DNA of 64,000 bases, taken from assembly GCA_030295235.1 (NCBI GenBank), contig AP026162.1, positions 1,426,001 to 1,490,000 on the forward strand, read 5' to 3'. The position numbers were made by a program, and so were the translations under genes. Shown here in pieces: positions 1 through 12,109 of this stretch. Numbering within the stretch: the stretch's first letter is position 1; the number at the start of each line of letters is the position of its first letter. Under the pieces are notes generated by a model. It saw only the letters and a list, made by a program, of their open reading frames with translations. It was not told where the DNA came from and did not search any database. Source of the stretch: Fistulifera solaris. Lineage: Eukaryota.

Positions 1-1056
1 TACAATGAACTATCCGCGAAATTATTGCAGGCTGCTGGAGGCGCCAGCTTTTCATTCGGGTCCAGAGAACGTCTTCAAGACCGTGTTGTTGCGCGATTGG
101 GAGATCTTATCCAACAAGCGGATGGGGATATTTTGGAAGCGGAAGGTTCCGCACAAACAGTGCGATCTTTGCTTTCCAAGGTGATTCAGAATCCCATGGA
201 AACGAAGTATCGCACAGTCAAGCTCACAAACAAAGTGATTGCCGCGAAAGTAAGCAAATACAAAGCTGCTTTGTCAATCTTAAAAAGTGCTGGTTTTCAA
301 GATAACGGTGACGTTATGGTACTTGGTGCAGGTAAAAACATTATCAACGTCGCTCCTCTGATATGTGCTCGGGACTGCATTGATAAATGGATTAGTGAGA
401 AAAGATATGAAGTAGCGAAAGCGACTCGTAAGCGCCAAGATGAGGAAGCACGGCAAAAGCTGTTAGCTGAGAAGTTGGAGAGGAATCAGGATGAGGAAGA
501 AGATGTTGAAGATGAAGAAGAAACTGTTGTCGATCCCAATGCTTGCACATTGAAGGTACGGATGGAAGGCAAAAGAAAGTCCACTCTCTTGATTTCCATG
601 GAGATGACCCGTTGAGCTCCATTCTTGAAAAAGTCTTTTTGTCCACCGATTCACATTTGGGACAAGACGTTCAAATCACATGCGTCGCTAAGAAATTGAT
701 TGTCAAATCGTCGGATGCAGTATCCATGTCCAAATCACTGCGCTCGCTTGGGCTCATGCCGTCTGCTTCAATCGTGTTAAGCGTTGTTTCGGACAAGAAA
801 GAAACGTCCACAAGCAATCTTGCAGAACGGGCTGCAGCAAAGAAGAAAAAAGAGAAGAGGAAGCCATACAATGCAAAGCGTGGGCATATATGCAAAGGAT
901 GATCATCTCAAAGGCGAGCTTGTTGACGGAGGTGGCGGAGTGCTGTATGAGCAGGATGTAACCGACGATGAGGAAGAAATCGATGAAAAGCAGGACACAG
1001 ACATTGACGAGGCACCAAAAGAAGAAGACGGAGCGTCAGAAGAAGATACGGAGTAA
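1..1056 (+). CDS. PUB-domain p97/Cdc48 cofactor with a UBX/ubiquitin-like C-terminal region; 5'-partial, two homopolymer frameshifts
   Basis: PUB motif (LLSKVIQNPMETKYRTVKLTNKVI...ILKSAGF). ORFs 25-615, 543-902 and 784-1056 join through single-A indels at about 571-574 and 846-851, giving TLKVRMEGKKKVHSLDFHGDDPLSSI...SLRSLGLMPSASI (UBX-like). Confidence 0.7.
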
Positions 1057-1144
1057 CTTGCTAATTATCAATCAATAAGAACTATGTCTCATGTACAAAG
1101 TATGAAACGAAGTAGACTTTTGAAGGAACGAAATCAGCTCAGAC

Positions 1145-2671
1145 TCATTCTGCGACACGGCGGACTAGCCCGCCCGAAGATAGATCCATCTCAGGCTGTA
1201 CTAATGCTTGCAAAGCACGTTTCAAGCACCCGATGTTGTAATTGATCAGTCCTTTGCGACGAAAGTTTTCTGATCGAGTGATGCACACCAAAGCAAGCAT
1301 TGTATCCACTTCTTTTAAATAGAGCACCTAAAGAGAAACATAGTTGTTCAGTGAGAATATACATTTGGAAATGGTAATGACATGTCGTCGACAAAAGATA
1401 GCTTTACCTACCATTCCGTTACTCAGTCGGATCACACTAGCACTTTCGCTATCGTAGGCTGAATCTTGATCGACAATCTCTTCCTCCAAATCTTCTGCGG
1501 GGACTTCACTCGTCAAAGTATCTGCTGCCACTGCAAAACTTTCGGACTTATCTTTGCCTTTGGCGGCGTTTGCTGCTGCTCTTATAGCTTCATGCGATGG
1601 CCCAAGCCCATAGATACCGCTTACATCCAGAACAACATCGATCATGTCAGAGCAGAGCTCCACTGAGTTGAAAAACAAAACGTTGAGAACCTGTTTAAAT
1701 GAAAATACTAAAGTCCTCCGATGTTGTCTTACCACTCTGCATATCTGCTGGTCCAGTATCTGTACTGATGTAAAGCTTTGACACAACTGAAAGAGAACCC
1801 AAACTGGTCAGCAACTCGAGCAAAGTAAAGTAATGCACATCCATCCAGCAACTCACCATCAAATAAATAGGCCTTCTCCATCGAACATGTCGACACCATG
1901 ACGTTCAGAAGGTTCTCCAAAGTGGGTAGTTGCGGAATGAGTCGCTGCACAACGCGACTCAGCGCTTCGTAAATAGAATGGTCGTAAATACTTGTCAAAT
2001 GATACCGAATGCTGATAGAGTCGGGGCTGACACCAGCTTCTGCGAGTTCGTCGGTCACTTGGGTCATGACATCTCTACGACAATCGTACTTTGATTCATC
2101 CGATAGAAACAACTCGCCGTCCACTTTGTTGATAAAGACTTCGATTGCTGTGTTCGGATTCACTTGCAGCGCCGCCGTGACTGTACTGGTTAATGATTGC
2201 AAAACGTGGTCGTAAGGTTCATCCTGAGCATCGACTACAAAAATGAGGGACGTTCTCCCTCCTTCAAAATCCGAAGGTTCATAGTAATCACCCGGAAAGT
2301 CGTGAACGACGAATCGGCATAACGGAGTGTGATCTACCAGCGCGCGCTCTAATCCTTGCGTAGCTTCGAGGCGAAAAAAGCGTCTCGTGTGGAGACATTT
2401 TTGAAACACGACGCGCTGCGAGCAACACGAAAATGAGACTCTTCTATCAGTAACACATCCGGTTCAAAGCCACGAAACTTACCTGAATACTGGTCTTCCC
2501 CGCTCTCCTCGGACCCATCAGCATGACTCTAGGCAGTGACGCGATGGCTGGATCGTCAAAGTCGACCTTATCCTCCGCCTGTTCAACGTCATCGTCGAGA
2601 AACAGAGGACCGTCGTTGGTCGCTTCGCGATCCAGGTTATCGTATACATCATATTGCCCGTAGTCGTTCAT
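1145..2671 (-). CDS. GTR2: Rag GTPase RagC/D (Gtr2), 5 exons
   Basis: Motifs LMGPRRAGKTSIQ, DFPG, LIFVVDAQD, VFINKVDG, TSIYDHSIYEALSRVVQRLIP, VELCSDMIDVVLDVSGIYG and KGLINYN. GT-AG introns at 2482-2416, 1856-1787, 1732-1663 and 1411-1328. Confidence 0.95.
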
Positions 2672-3208
2672 TTTTGTACGTCTTCAGTGGTTTGACGGAT
2701 TGAAAAGGATGTAAAAGGCAATACACCTTTATGATTCGATGATGATTCGATCTTCACAATGAATGATTGAAACACAAAACAAAAAAAGACGAGACACGCG
2801 ACACGCGATACGCGATGCGCGCGGCGAGGATTGCGACGCTTGAAAAGACTTTCGAATTCCTTTCGAACGGACACTTTATAACTATACTGCTGTATTCTTC
2901 GTATCGGTACTCAAAACACTGTTTGACATTATACACGGTACCTGGTGCCGGTACTGAACGACGTCGAGAGCTAAAGGCGGAGGAGAAAAGGTGCGCGACG
3001 AGCAAAGAACTTTGGTCTCACTTATAATCTAATCAACTTTAGGAAAGCAAGCTTGCAAGTTAAAGCAACGCTCTTTTTAAAAAAAACAAGACGAAAAAGG
3101 ATAGTATGACAGGCCGCGCTCGCTTCACGGGACACGCGCTTCCCTCTCCACCGCGTTCGCCGTGGCGTTCGCCTTCCCCCTCGCAACGCCAAGAATGAAC
3201 ATCTTCAG

Positions 3209-4850
3209 ATGCCGCTGAGTAGCTCTTCTCCTTCCAAATCATGGGATGAGGGCGATGAGCGTCCTTGCTCGGTGCGCATTTCCCCACGACCTACGGAACA
3301 GCCGTTTGTGGTACCCGTTTGGACGGACGATGATGACGAACCTCCGGTAACGAAAAAGAAGCCCAACACCACCCCATCGTCACCTGGAACTACCAAAAGT
3401 GATTCATGGGATTCAGCTTCAGTAAGTTCGGAACAGGAAAGATCATCACTTTCGTTAAGAAGAGCCTTAGCAGATGTATTGGAACAGCGTGACAAGGCGA
3501 TGGCGCAACAGGAACGATTGATGGAGCTGAGGTCCCTGGATAAGTTAAAGATCGAATCGCTAGTGAAAGAAAGAGAGACTTTATTGACAAAACTACAAGA
3601 GCAGAAACAAAAGGGGAATTTTGAGACTGTTCAGAAGAAACTAGAGGAGAAAACACAGGCACTCGAAAGCGCCAAAATGATTATCACATCTTTAGAGTCT
3701 GCGAGTGGGTCGCAGATTGCGGATTTGAGGCAAAAAGTTCGCGACCGGCAAGCTCAGATTTTGAGATTGGAAGCCAATCTACATGAAAAACAGAGAGCAA
3801 TCGACACTCTGGCAATCGAATTGCGTGACAGTGGCATGGCAGCAGCTGTACCGAGACAGGTCGTAGAACGACTCGAACTCAATCTGGCTCGCATTCGTTC
3901 GGAAGCGGTGGTTCTAGAAGCGACACAAGATGCGGCATCTGTAACAAAGTTATGTGACTACTTGGGCGACGCAATCCTTGCTTTGAAAGAAGGTCTGGAG
4001 TGTTTCTCGTCGGTATCTTCGTCTCAGAGCAGTGCCGATTCATCGAATGAACACGAACTGCAACAAAAGAACACACGAATACAGCAATTAGAAAATGAGC
4101 TTCACCAGCTGAAGGATGAGTTAAAGAGTTCCCGCTTAAGTAACCGAAAAGCTGAAAACGAGGAGCTACAATCGTTAAGGAGTGAAGTACAGTGCCTTCG
4201 TGAAAAAACACAACGAATATGGCAATCTTGGCGAAAAAAGAGAAGGAATTATCTGTGTTGAGAGATAGTCTGAAAGTTGACGACGATGACGGCGGTGTGG
4301 GTTATATATCGGATGATGCTGAAGACGAGGATGACGCACCGCAGCCTTCGACGTCGCAGCTAATTACGAGCAGTGAGCTGATCAGCTTATCCCAAATTGA
4401 AGCTCTGGCCACCCTGCTCGCTCATGGAGTCCCTGTAGAAAGGCACAATACTGATATGCAACTTGACGAAATCGAATTGATTAAGTCACAATTGCATGAG
4501 CTGACCAGTGAAAAGAAAGGGCGCTTGCTGAACTAAAAATTGAACGCGAGTCGCTCGCCAATGCCAAAATGATAATTTCTTCGTTAGAAAACGCCAACAA
4601 AAGCATGATGCAAGACCTGCGTACGAGGCTGCAGGATAGTAACGTAGCCATAGCATCGCTTCTGCAAAAATCTTTGGGCAGCGAAAACACGACAGCACAA
4701 CTCCGTTCCGAGCTCGAAACATTAAAGCGTGAACGAGAACAAGATCGAGAGAGATACCAAAAGGAGTTAGATCGTCTCCGAACCGAAAGCTGGACTCCTC
4801 ACTTGCTCGTGCGACAAGATGATCAAATGATTACCGAGACGATCGATTAG
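3209..4850 (+). CDS. Long coiled-coil protein of unknown function (two frameshifts)
   Basis: Three overlapping E/L/Q/K-rich heptad ORFs (3209-4261, 4219-4536, 4569-4850) that switch frame near A-runs at about 4203 and 4511-4518. Confidence 0.65.
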
Positions 4851-5006
4851 GAATGCTTCATAGAAGACTGTTTTTTGTAACGATAGTAGCCCGAAAAGGT
4901 TTAAAAGAAAAATGCATTATTGAATGAGCGTTAACTACTGCGGCGACCTGTTGTTGGCTGTTCCCTTTCGTTATTTGAATAGCATGTTGTAAAACGTCCA
5001 AGATAT

Positions 5007-6218
5007 TTATGCCGAGCCTTCAAAGCGCATCAACAAGCCGTTGCTGCCGAGCGCCCATCCAGCGTTGTTGTATTGCGGGAAAAACTTGACGTTGTAGAGG
5101 TTTCCTGGAATGTCATTCGCACTTTTGTCGAAACTAAACTTCTTGCCGCCATCGTAGCTGACGTACATGGTATTGGAACCTCCGACGGCCCAAACTTCGT
5201 TTGGCGTTCGCCATGCTACATCGGTGATACCATATCCTCCTGTCTTGATGTCCGCTTCGACGAAGTCAAAAGAATCCTTGGTCAGGTCGGGCTCACCCGC
5301 GCTGATAAAAAGTTTTCCTCCATTGAGTGTCATCCATAGACCCTTCTGAATATCGCCTTCGACGAAACCCATGTTTTGAATACGACGGGGTGTACCTCGG
5401 TTGTGTGGAATCCAGAAATCGTCTTCGGGTTCCCAGGTCAAGAAGAAGTTACCTCGGCTCGACACCGCCAAGTAAGCACCTTGATCGTCTCGGACTTGGT
5501 TAATAATGGATCCAGTAAAATAAGAAGCACCACTGATACCGCTGCTCGAAATTCGGTTTAAAGTAGCATCAATCGTTTCTTTGACTTGTGCTTTCCAGTT
5601 TCGACCGGCGTTGTCCGTTGTGTAGATCGCACCCGTGGTGGTAGTCATCTCGGCCTTGGAAGGTCCGAGAGCGACAATAGCCGCGGGCTCACCCGGTAGC
5701 TTGGGAGACAAGGGAATACGTTCCCATGTCTTTCCGGCATCTTTGGTATGCAACAATAGAGAAGGGCGTCCTAGAACCCAACCTTCACCGTCCTTGAACG
5801 AAATTTGCTGGAATCGGTACGTAACTTCTTCCTCCGGATCAAGGTTCGCGAACGATCGAGGCTCCCACGTCTTACCACCGTCGTTGGTTTCCGCGAAAGC
5901 ACCTCGAGATCCGACCAGATAACCATGATTGGCATCATCAAAAGCAATGTCGTAGATGGTATCCTCGAACGGAATATCGACTCGCTTCCATTGCTTGCTG
6001 GTTGCCGCTGCCGCCGATTGTGGAGAGGAAAAGCCGGTAGCCAGTGCGGTTCCCACTACAGCAGCGGCAGATTGTTGCATAAAGGTTCTTCGATCTTCCA
6101 GTTCAATGCTATCGTCCGCCATGAAAAGTCGTTGTTGACGGCGCAGAAGGGCCGGCGAAGGAGCGAATGCTCCGGATGTGGCTACGAGACACGACAAGAG
6201 CGAAAAACGAAGAAACAT
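5007..6218 (-). CDS. ycf48: Photosystem II assembly factor Ycf48/HCF136, plastid-targeted
   Basis: BNR-type repeats (ETNDGGKTW, HTKDAGKTWERIPLSPKLPG) and AVSSRGNFFLTWEPE..WIPHNR. N-terminus has a signal peptide, SGA|FAP motif and a twin-arginine (RRTF) lumen signal. Confidence 0.96.
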   Translation of the reverse strand: MFLRFSLLSCLVATSGAFAPSPALLRRQQRLFMADDSIELEDRRTFMQQSAAAVVGTALATGFSSPQSAAAATSKQWKRVDIPFEDTIYDIAFDDANHGYLVGSRGAFAETNDGGKTWEPRSFANLDPEEEVTYRFQQISFKDGEGWVLGRPSLLLHTKDAGKTWERIPLSPKLPGEPAAIVALGPSKAEMTTTTGAIYTTDNAGRNWKAQVKETIDATLNRISSSGISGASYFTGSIINQVRDDQGAYLAVSSRGNFFLTWEPEDDFWIPHNRGTPRRIQNMGFVEGDIQKGLWMTLNGGKLFISAGEPDLTKDSFDFVEADIKTGGYGITDVAWRTPNEVWAVGGSNTMYVSYDGGKKFSFDKSANDIPGNLYNVKFFPQYNNAGWALGSNGLLMRFEGSA

Positions 6219-6482
6219 GGTAGATGGTCAACTAATAGAATATGAGGACGAACAGAGTCTTTTGCTTTGTTATGTTGATGATGGCCTTATGTTTTTGTGC
6301 CAACACAGCAAGTCAAAGTGTCACAGTCAGGATTTTGTGCTCTCGTCATAAGAAAAATCCGATCCGAGACCGTCGCTGACGTGCGACAACGACTCACACG
6401 TCTGGACGTCGTCAGAGTAACACGTGACTGAACTTGTTGCTACGTTTGTGACTGGTGTCGCAGTGATGATGCTTTTTCATCG

Positions 6483-6660
6483 ACTATAGGTTTATGTGTA
6501 GATTACATTTTCCGCGACTGCAATTCAGTCATGAACTACCTGCTTTGCGAGACGTTTTGCTAGAAGAAAGCCATTCGTTGTGCTAGTTTCGCTAGCTAAG
6601 ATAGTACTGTACCTTCAGCTTCATTACAGCAGGCGAGGCGATTTTCGATGTCGAAATTTC
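6483..6660 (+). repeat. Intergenic element family A, copy 1
   Basis: ACTATAGG..GTGTAG at 6483. Palindrome CGCGACTG-CAATT-CAGTCATG at 6513-6533. Downstream ATTCGTT, CATTACA and GATGTCGAAA are shared with the copies at 25 kb and 56.7 kb. Confidence 0.75.
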
Positions 6661-6896
6661 TAGCGGATTATCATCGGTCATAGTCATGAGTACTTGAAAA
6701 TCTGTCTGTGGAAGCTCCAGAAATTCTGGATACGCACTGTGTTCCTGGTATGTAAAAAGGCCAATAAACTCAGCTGCGTAACGAAAAACGACATTACCTA
6801 GTATATATTGAGCTTATTATTTCATTATCACTTGTCAGAATTTAACTTGAGAATCACAATCAGTAAAGGAATATAAAAGAAGGAATTCTTTGAGCC

Positions 6897-7448
6897 ATGT
6901 CTACTGAAGCAGAGCTTACAGAGCCGCATTCGATGAGCCAAATACTACCCATCCGCATGACTTCACGAGTCGTTCGAGGATACGGACGAGGATCCAAAGA
7001 GCTGGGTATTCCTACGGCCAATTTAGATACCGAACAACTGCAATTTTCCAAAGATGTGACTTTAGAAGAGTTTCCTACCGGCATTTATTGGGGAGTTTCG
7101 AGAATTGCCGACCAATCGGTCTACACCGCGGCCGTCTCGGTCGGCTACAATCCCACGTACGGCAACGACACGAAAACCATCGAACCACACCTCATTGCTC
7201 CCGAACAAGATCCGCGAAGACACGCAAGCTCTACAGGGGAAACGCTGATGAAGGATTTTTACGATCAGACGTGTCGTTTATCGCTGATTGGATACATGCG
7301 ACCGGAATTGCCCTTCGAAGGATTAGACAAGTTGATTGAAGCAATCAAAGGAGACATTGCGAAGGCGGTGCAATTGGGAAATGAAGTCAATGATACTTTG
7401 ATGACAGAAAAGGATTGGGTGCAGTCGGATGAGCCAGCGCGTGTGTAG
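6897..7448 (+). CDS. RFK: Riboflavin kinase
   Basis: Motifs VVRGYGRGSKELGIPTANL, GIYWG, SVGYNPTY, EPHLI and GYMRPELPF..L..LIEAIKGDI. Confidence 0.95.
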   Translation: MSTEAELTEPHSMSQILPIRMTSRVVRGYGRGSKELGIPTANLDTEQLQFSKDVTLEEFPTGIYWGVSRIADQSVYTAAVSVGYNPTYGNDTKTIEPHLIAPEQDPRRHASSTGETLMKDFYDQTCRLSLIGYMRPELPFEGLDKLIEAIKGDIAKAVQLGNEVNDTLMTEKDWVQSDEPARV

Positions 7449-7595
7449 TTTTGCTATCTTCCTATGTTCCATAACAACGAAAGAGTTTTTTCATTTCAAA
7501 TAAAATTCAACTCTAGTCAATCAGTTATTCTATGATCTAATTATCAGTCGATAATGATGCTACTAAATAGAAAAATGAATACCCCTTTCATCCTC

Positions 7596-8693
7596 CTAAG
7601 CGTAGGACATGCGAAGACGCTTCGGTCTCTGATCTGTCAGAGACAGCGGATCGGCTTGACGAACCATATGACTGCTGGGGACCATGGGCTTGGCTACCGG
7701 AGCCATGGTGATCCGAGACGTCCATTCTACAATGCGAGCATCTTCACCTGCTGTTATGAATGACTGACCACTGAGTGGATGCCAAGCTCGGATGACACCG
7801 ACATGCCCCGCCGTAAACAATTGACGGGCTTGCCAGCGTCCTTCATTGGTGAGATGAAAAATAGCCCCATTCCCCATATTCGACCCCACCGCCATAGCTA
7901 AAGTATTTGTAGGTGCCTCCCAATGCGCATCGATCAAATAGTCGACTTCTTTTCCAACTTGAAGCGACAAGAGTTGCCGCAAATCCCCGTAGTGGTGCAT
8001 ACATGTCCCGGACTTGAGATCCCACAGACTCGCAGTTTCTGATCCGGTCAAGGCATAGGCTCGACTCGAATCACCGCAAAAACCGACTTTGCGAAGTCCG
8101 GCACCAATATTGCATATCGAAACCGAAGCAGCCTCTTCGGTAGGTTGTGTTGTGTCAAAGTAACACAAAAGGCCGTCGTCCGCTCCCGAAGCCAATTGTT
8201 GGCCATTGAAACAGAGCGACGTGATGGGCCCGCGATGCGAATTGACATAGGATCCCAGCGTCGACTGCTGTCGCCAATCAGCAAATATTATCTTCCCTGA
8301 AGCGGTCCCGGTCGCGACAATTGTATCGGAAAAGCCTACTGCGATGGATTGCAACGGCGCGGCGGCAAGGGGTGTGCGCAGGATATCGGATTGCCGCAGA
8401 TCCCATACCGCTAGACATCCATCGTGCTGTGCCATGAATAATATATTTCCATCTTCTGAGTACACCATGTCGTGTGTAGTGGCGTCGGAAGCGCTGCTTT
8501 GCATCAACAAACTCATTCGTTCCCGATCGTACACTTGCACTTGCCCGTTCGAGAGTGAACAAGCAAAGCTGCTATCGGAAACTTGCATATTCAATACCCA
8601 ATCACCATCTCCCGCAAGAGCATTTGAAGTTTGACGAGGTGTCAGCGACGTTACTACCGTTCGGGATGGTCGCAGTAGATTGATGGCGTTCAT
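7596..8693 (-). CDS. WD40-repeat protein (WDR89-like)
   Basis: WD repeats (LAVWDLR, SYVNSHRGPITSLCF, LASGADDGLLCYFD, GHVGVIRAW..FITAGEDARIVEW). First ATG at 8693. Confidence 0.8.
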   Translation of the reverse strand: MNAINLLRPSRTVVTSLTPRQTSNALAGDGDWVLNMQVSDSSFACSLSNGQVQVYDRERMSLLMQSSASDATTHDMVYSEDGNILFMAQHDGCLAVWDLRQSDILRTPLAAAPLQSIAVGFSDTIVATGTASGKIIFADWRQQSTLGSYVNSHRGPITSLCFNGQQLASGADDGLLCYFDTTQPTEEAASVSICNIGAGLRKVGFCGDSSRAYALTGSETASLWDLKSGTCMHHYGDLRQLLSLQVGKEVDYLIDAHWEAPTNTLAMAVGSNMGNGAIFHLTNEGRWQARQLFTAGHVGVIRAWHPLSGQSFITAGEDARIVEWTSRITMAPVAKPMVPSSHMVRQADPLSLTDQRPKRLRMSYA

Positions 8694-9402
8694 CCTTGAG
8701 GCTTGAATAGAATTATTGCGGGGCTGTGTCTTTTTCACAAGGCAAGTGTTCAGCTTCGCGAACGTCGACTACACTCGGAGTGAGAAAACAAGAAGAGGCG
8801 ACGACTGAGCGAGTAGAACGGCAAGAATGGCTTCGTTTTGAAAGGAATGCAATTACAATGTTCCTTCAATGGACGCTTGGAGATTTTTTTGAACGGTCTG
8901 AGAGCTGAGAGCATCACAATGGCGGATGGCGTGATATTTCACCGCGGGCGCGGGCACGGTCCTTACCAGGTACCGGTAATTACCCACTGCCCCACTGCAA
9001 ATACGTAGTACGTGGTACGTATCTGATACAGGAATGTACTCTAAGCAATCGATGCCGACGCACCTTTCTTTCACTATGAATTTTTCTGTGCAAATCCAGT
9101 TGTCAGTCCCGAATCGGAATCCAGAGGAACACACCCGACTACTTTCTATTTCTGTGTATTCCGAAGCTCGCGAAGCGACGCGCGCATGCCTGTTGTTCTT
9201 CAGCGAGGTCTCCGTGTCGGAGCGGGGCTGCTTTGGTTCGCGGATTGTTGATCGTGCCGCGCGTTGACTGCACTCGAAAAAAGAGAAAGGTCACAATAAA
9301 GCATTTGAAACCTTTTCGTTGTGAATAAATCGTTGCTCTTGTTGCCGAACAAGAATTATATTCGTTTATTATTTTATTACTGGTTTATCAATCAACTGAG
9401 GG

Positions 9403-10209
9403 ATGGGTTGCTGCATGTCTTCGACGGAAGTAAGTCTTGACTGAGAAGATTCGTATGACATGAGGTTTTGCGTTACTCGTGAAAGAAGAACAATATCATA
9501 TTTGATACTCATTGTTCCTCTTTTCGTTTTCTTCTACTTATAAAAAGTACGTTGTTGATCCTGTCACGGGAGAAGAAAAGGTGAAGAAGAAGTTGGGTGG
9601 CGCCTATCCGGGTCAACGACGACCACAACATGCTCCGTATGCGCCTCCGGATTCGGCCTTTGGCGCGGATAACAAAGCAACCGTGCATTTCAAAGCGTAT
9701 GGAGGAGGAAATGCATTGACGCTGGTGCAACAGGATGGTACTGCTGCTCCCGAGTCGGGTAAACCGCAAACTCAATTCATACAAGGTACGTAGAAGTGAG
9801 CGCTGGCTGCTGTCGATTTCTTAAGAAGGATCACTTATTTTATTCGTTGTATTCAGTGACATTGCCGAGCGGCGTCGAGGCGGGACAAACAATACACGTA
9901 CAAGCGCCGGACGGAAGATTGAATGCAATTGTCATTCCTCCCGGATTTGGGCCGGGTTCAACTTTTACGGTCGAATTTGCGCCCGAGGACGTTCCTCCGC
10001 CTCCGAAACCCGAAATTCCCGATTCGGGCGATGGCTTTGCGGCCGGTTTTCACAATCCCAATTGGCGACCCGACGCGACCGCGACAGCTGTACCTGCCAA
10101 TGAACCAGAAGTTGTGGTGCATGCTACCGAACAGGATGCGGATGGGTCGTACCCAACTACGACCTATCAACCCTTGTACACACCTACACCGGCTTATCCT
10201 TCCAAATGA
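9403..10209 (+). CDS. Hypothetical protein with an MGCC dual-acylation N-terminus and a small V-x-P-G beta domain; 3 exons
   Basis: Exon 1 reads MGCCMSSTE (9403-9429). Introns 9430-9547 and 9786-9856 keep the frame. Domain sequence is VTLPSGVEAGQTIHVQAPDGRLNAIVIPPGFGPGSTFTVEF, followed by a Pro-rich tail. Confidence 0.75.
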
Positions 10210-10285
10210 GACTAGTCGATCCATGGATAAAAGTAACTTTTTAATAAATAATATACATGTATTTCTCATTCCATCTACATTCGGA

Positions 10286-10747
10286 TCAACATTTTGAAGT
10301 TGTTGTTTGCGAAGAATCTTCTTTGATTTCTTGATTCTGTCGCTCCGCTACGATGCGTTGCGACCGCTTCCAATCGTCATCCGACATAAACATGGTAACA
10401 TCATTCATACGCGGAGTATGTAAACCCAGCGATCGAGCCAGTGGCTGGCCTATGTGGTCATCGGTCCACTGCGATGCGCAAGACAGAGCATAAAGACTGC
10501 GGTGCCAAAAACGAATCCGTGCCGGAATTTGCGCTTGATCCTCCTTGTTGGAAACGACATCCCAGTAATAGTGTTCTGGAATCGGAACAACTTTGCGGAA
10601 AGTCCACTCGAGCGGATCCATGTCTTCTGCATTCATATCAACGACTTGCGTTTGCTGCAAATATTCGATCATTTCTTCAGTCGACTGGAAGGCAGCGGGC
10701 ACTGCTGTTGCCGTCTTCAAAGAATCTTGATCAAGTGTGGGTGTCAT
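10286..10747 (-). CDS. Hypothetical protein
   Basis: 153-aa ATG ORF with protein-like composition, convergent with the previous gene. No family recognised. Confidence 0.6.
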   Translation of the reverse strand: MTPTLDQDSLKTATAVPAAFQSTEEMIEYLQQTQVVDMNAEDMDPLEWTFRKVVPIPEHYYWDVVSNKEDQAQIPARIRFWHRSLYALSCASQWTDDHIGQPLARSLGLHTPRMNDVTMFMSDDDWKRSQRIVAERQNQEIKEDSSQTTTSKC

Positions 10748-10881
10748 GAATGTTTTAGACGCTGTTATCTTCTAAGGAAATGATTTATGTGGTCCACTAC
10801 AACAGAATGAACGAGAACGGGTTCTATGTTACTCCGTATTACGTATAGTATTTCTTTGGTGTCGCAAAATCAGGCACAATG

Positions 10882-11410
10882 TCCGGGTTCCCCCTCTGTC
10901 GATAAACTTCCCTACGGGGTCTACTTGGAACTCACGTAGGACATTCGCAGCATTGCATCTGTCGTCTTTTCTTCGTTTGGTGTTCCAAGTAAAATCGATT
11001 CTTACTTCTAAAGCTTTATGAAGGCATATTTAGGAATATTTCAATGAACTTTGTCGCTGTCGGACCCCGGAAAGATGAGGTCGAATTTGAAAAGTACCGG
11101 GTGCTACCTACTAGAAAAAATACGTAGCCGTATTTTTTCTAGCTACCTACATCGATAAAATTCCTACGGGGCCAACGTGCCTTTCACGTAGCCATTCGAA
11201 GCGTCGTATCTTCGCTCTTTTCTACAGTTCTGTTTCGAATTGATTGTAAAGATCGCTTATTAGTACCAATTAGCGATGTTAGTTCAGGGTATTAAGGCAT
11301 TGCAGTCAAACATAATCGGAAAATGGATGATGTTGAAATACAGAATATCCGGGTACCCCCTCTGTCGATAAATTTCCCTACGGGGCCTACGTTAAGGTAC
11401 GTAGACGACG
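10882..11410. repeat. Intergenic element family B, three degenerate tandem copies
   Basis: A 43-nt block at 10882-10924 matches 11348-11390 with 3 mismatches, and a partial copy lies at 11152-11192. Each is followed by CTACGTG-N5-CACGTAG-like inverted repeats. Confidence 0.85.
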
Positions 11411-11570
11411 TCTTGCTGCGTTGAGTTACGCGTTGCATGCAACGAAAAAGCCGCATTGCGTATGACTCTTGATTCCACAATCACACGTTGATTCTTCTAA
11501 CTGAAGCACCTTGTCTTTCTTCGTCATCCATTTGCATCTTTCTTTCTGACATAGTTGAAAGAAATTTTGC

Positions 11571-12005
11571 ATGTCATTTTCTCCAATGCATCAGCGAAAG
11601 GCACGGGGAAGTAATCACAGCAGCAGCGACAGCGACATGTACAAAGGTGGCTACGGCGACATTGAGGGCGGACGAAGAGGCAATCGCAATGGCTTTTCCT
11701 CGAGAGACACCAACACGGGAATCCTCGAACAGCAAAACAATGAACGCATCAATGAGCTTTCCGAGCACGTGGCGCGTCTGAAAGGACTCACGATTGACAT
11801 TGGCGATGAAGTACGACAACAAAACTCGTTACTCGACGGCATGAACGATGGGTTTCAGAATACGCGTGACTTATTGCAAAGTAGTTTAATGAGAATTGGA
11901 ACTATGCTTGAATCGGGTGGCGCAAAGCATATGTGCTACTTGGTTGGTTTCAGTGTGTTTGTCATGGTCTTTTTGTGGTGGCTCATGAAATATCAGTCCT
12001 CATAG
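11571..12005 (+). CDS. BET1: Bet1-like Qc-SNARE
   Basis: SNARE motif LEQQNNERINELSEHVARLKGLTIDIGDEVRQQNSLLDGM and a C-terminal transmembrane helix (HMCYLVGFSVFVMVFLWWL). Confidence 0.88.
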   Translation: MSFSPMHQRKARGSNHSSSDSDMYKGGYGDIEGGRRGNRNGFSSRDTNTGILEQQNNERINELSEHVARLKGLTIDIGDEVRQQNSLLDGMNDGFQNTRDLLQSSLMRIGTMLESGGAKHMCYLVGFSVFVMVFLWWLMKYQSS

Positions 12006-12109
12006 TTTGGAAAACGTTCACGCGCAACACAAAAGAGTACTTAAACATTTGATTTGCATCTCTCTTTCCCATATTTTGTACCAGGTATACTTGTGAGAGT
12101 CCTCGTTTC

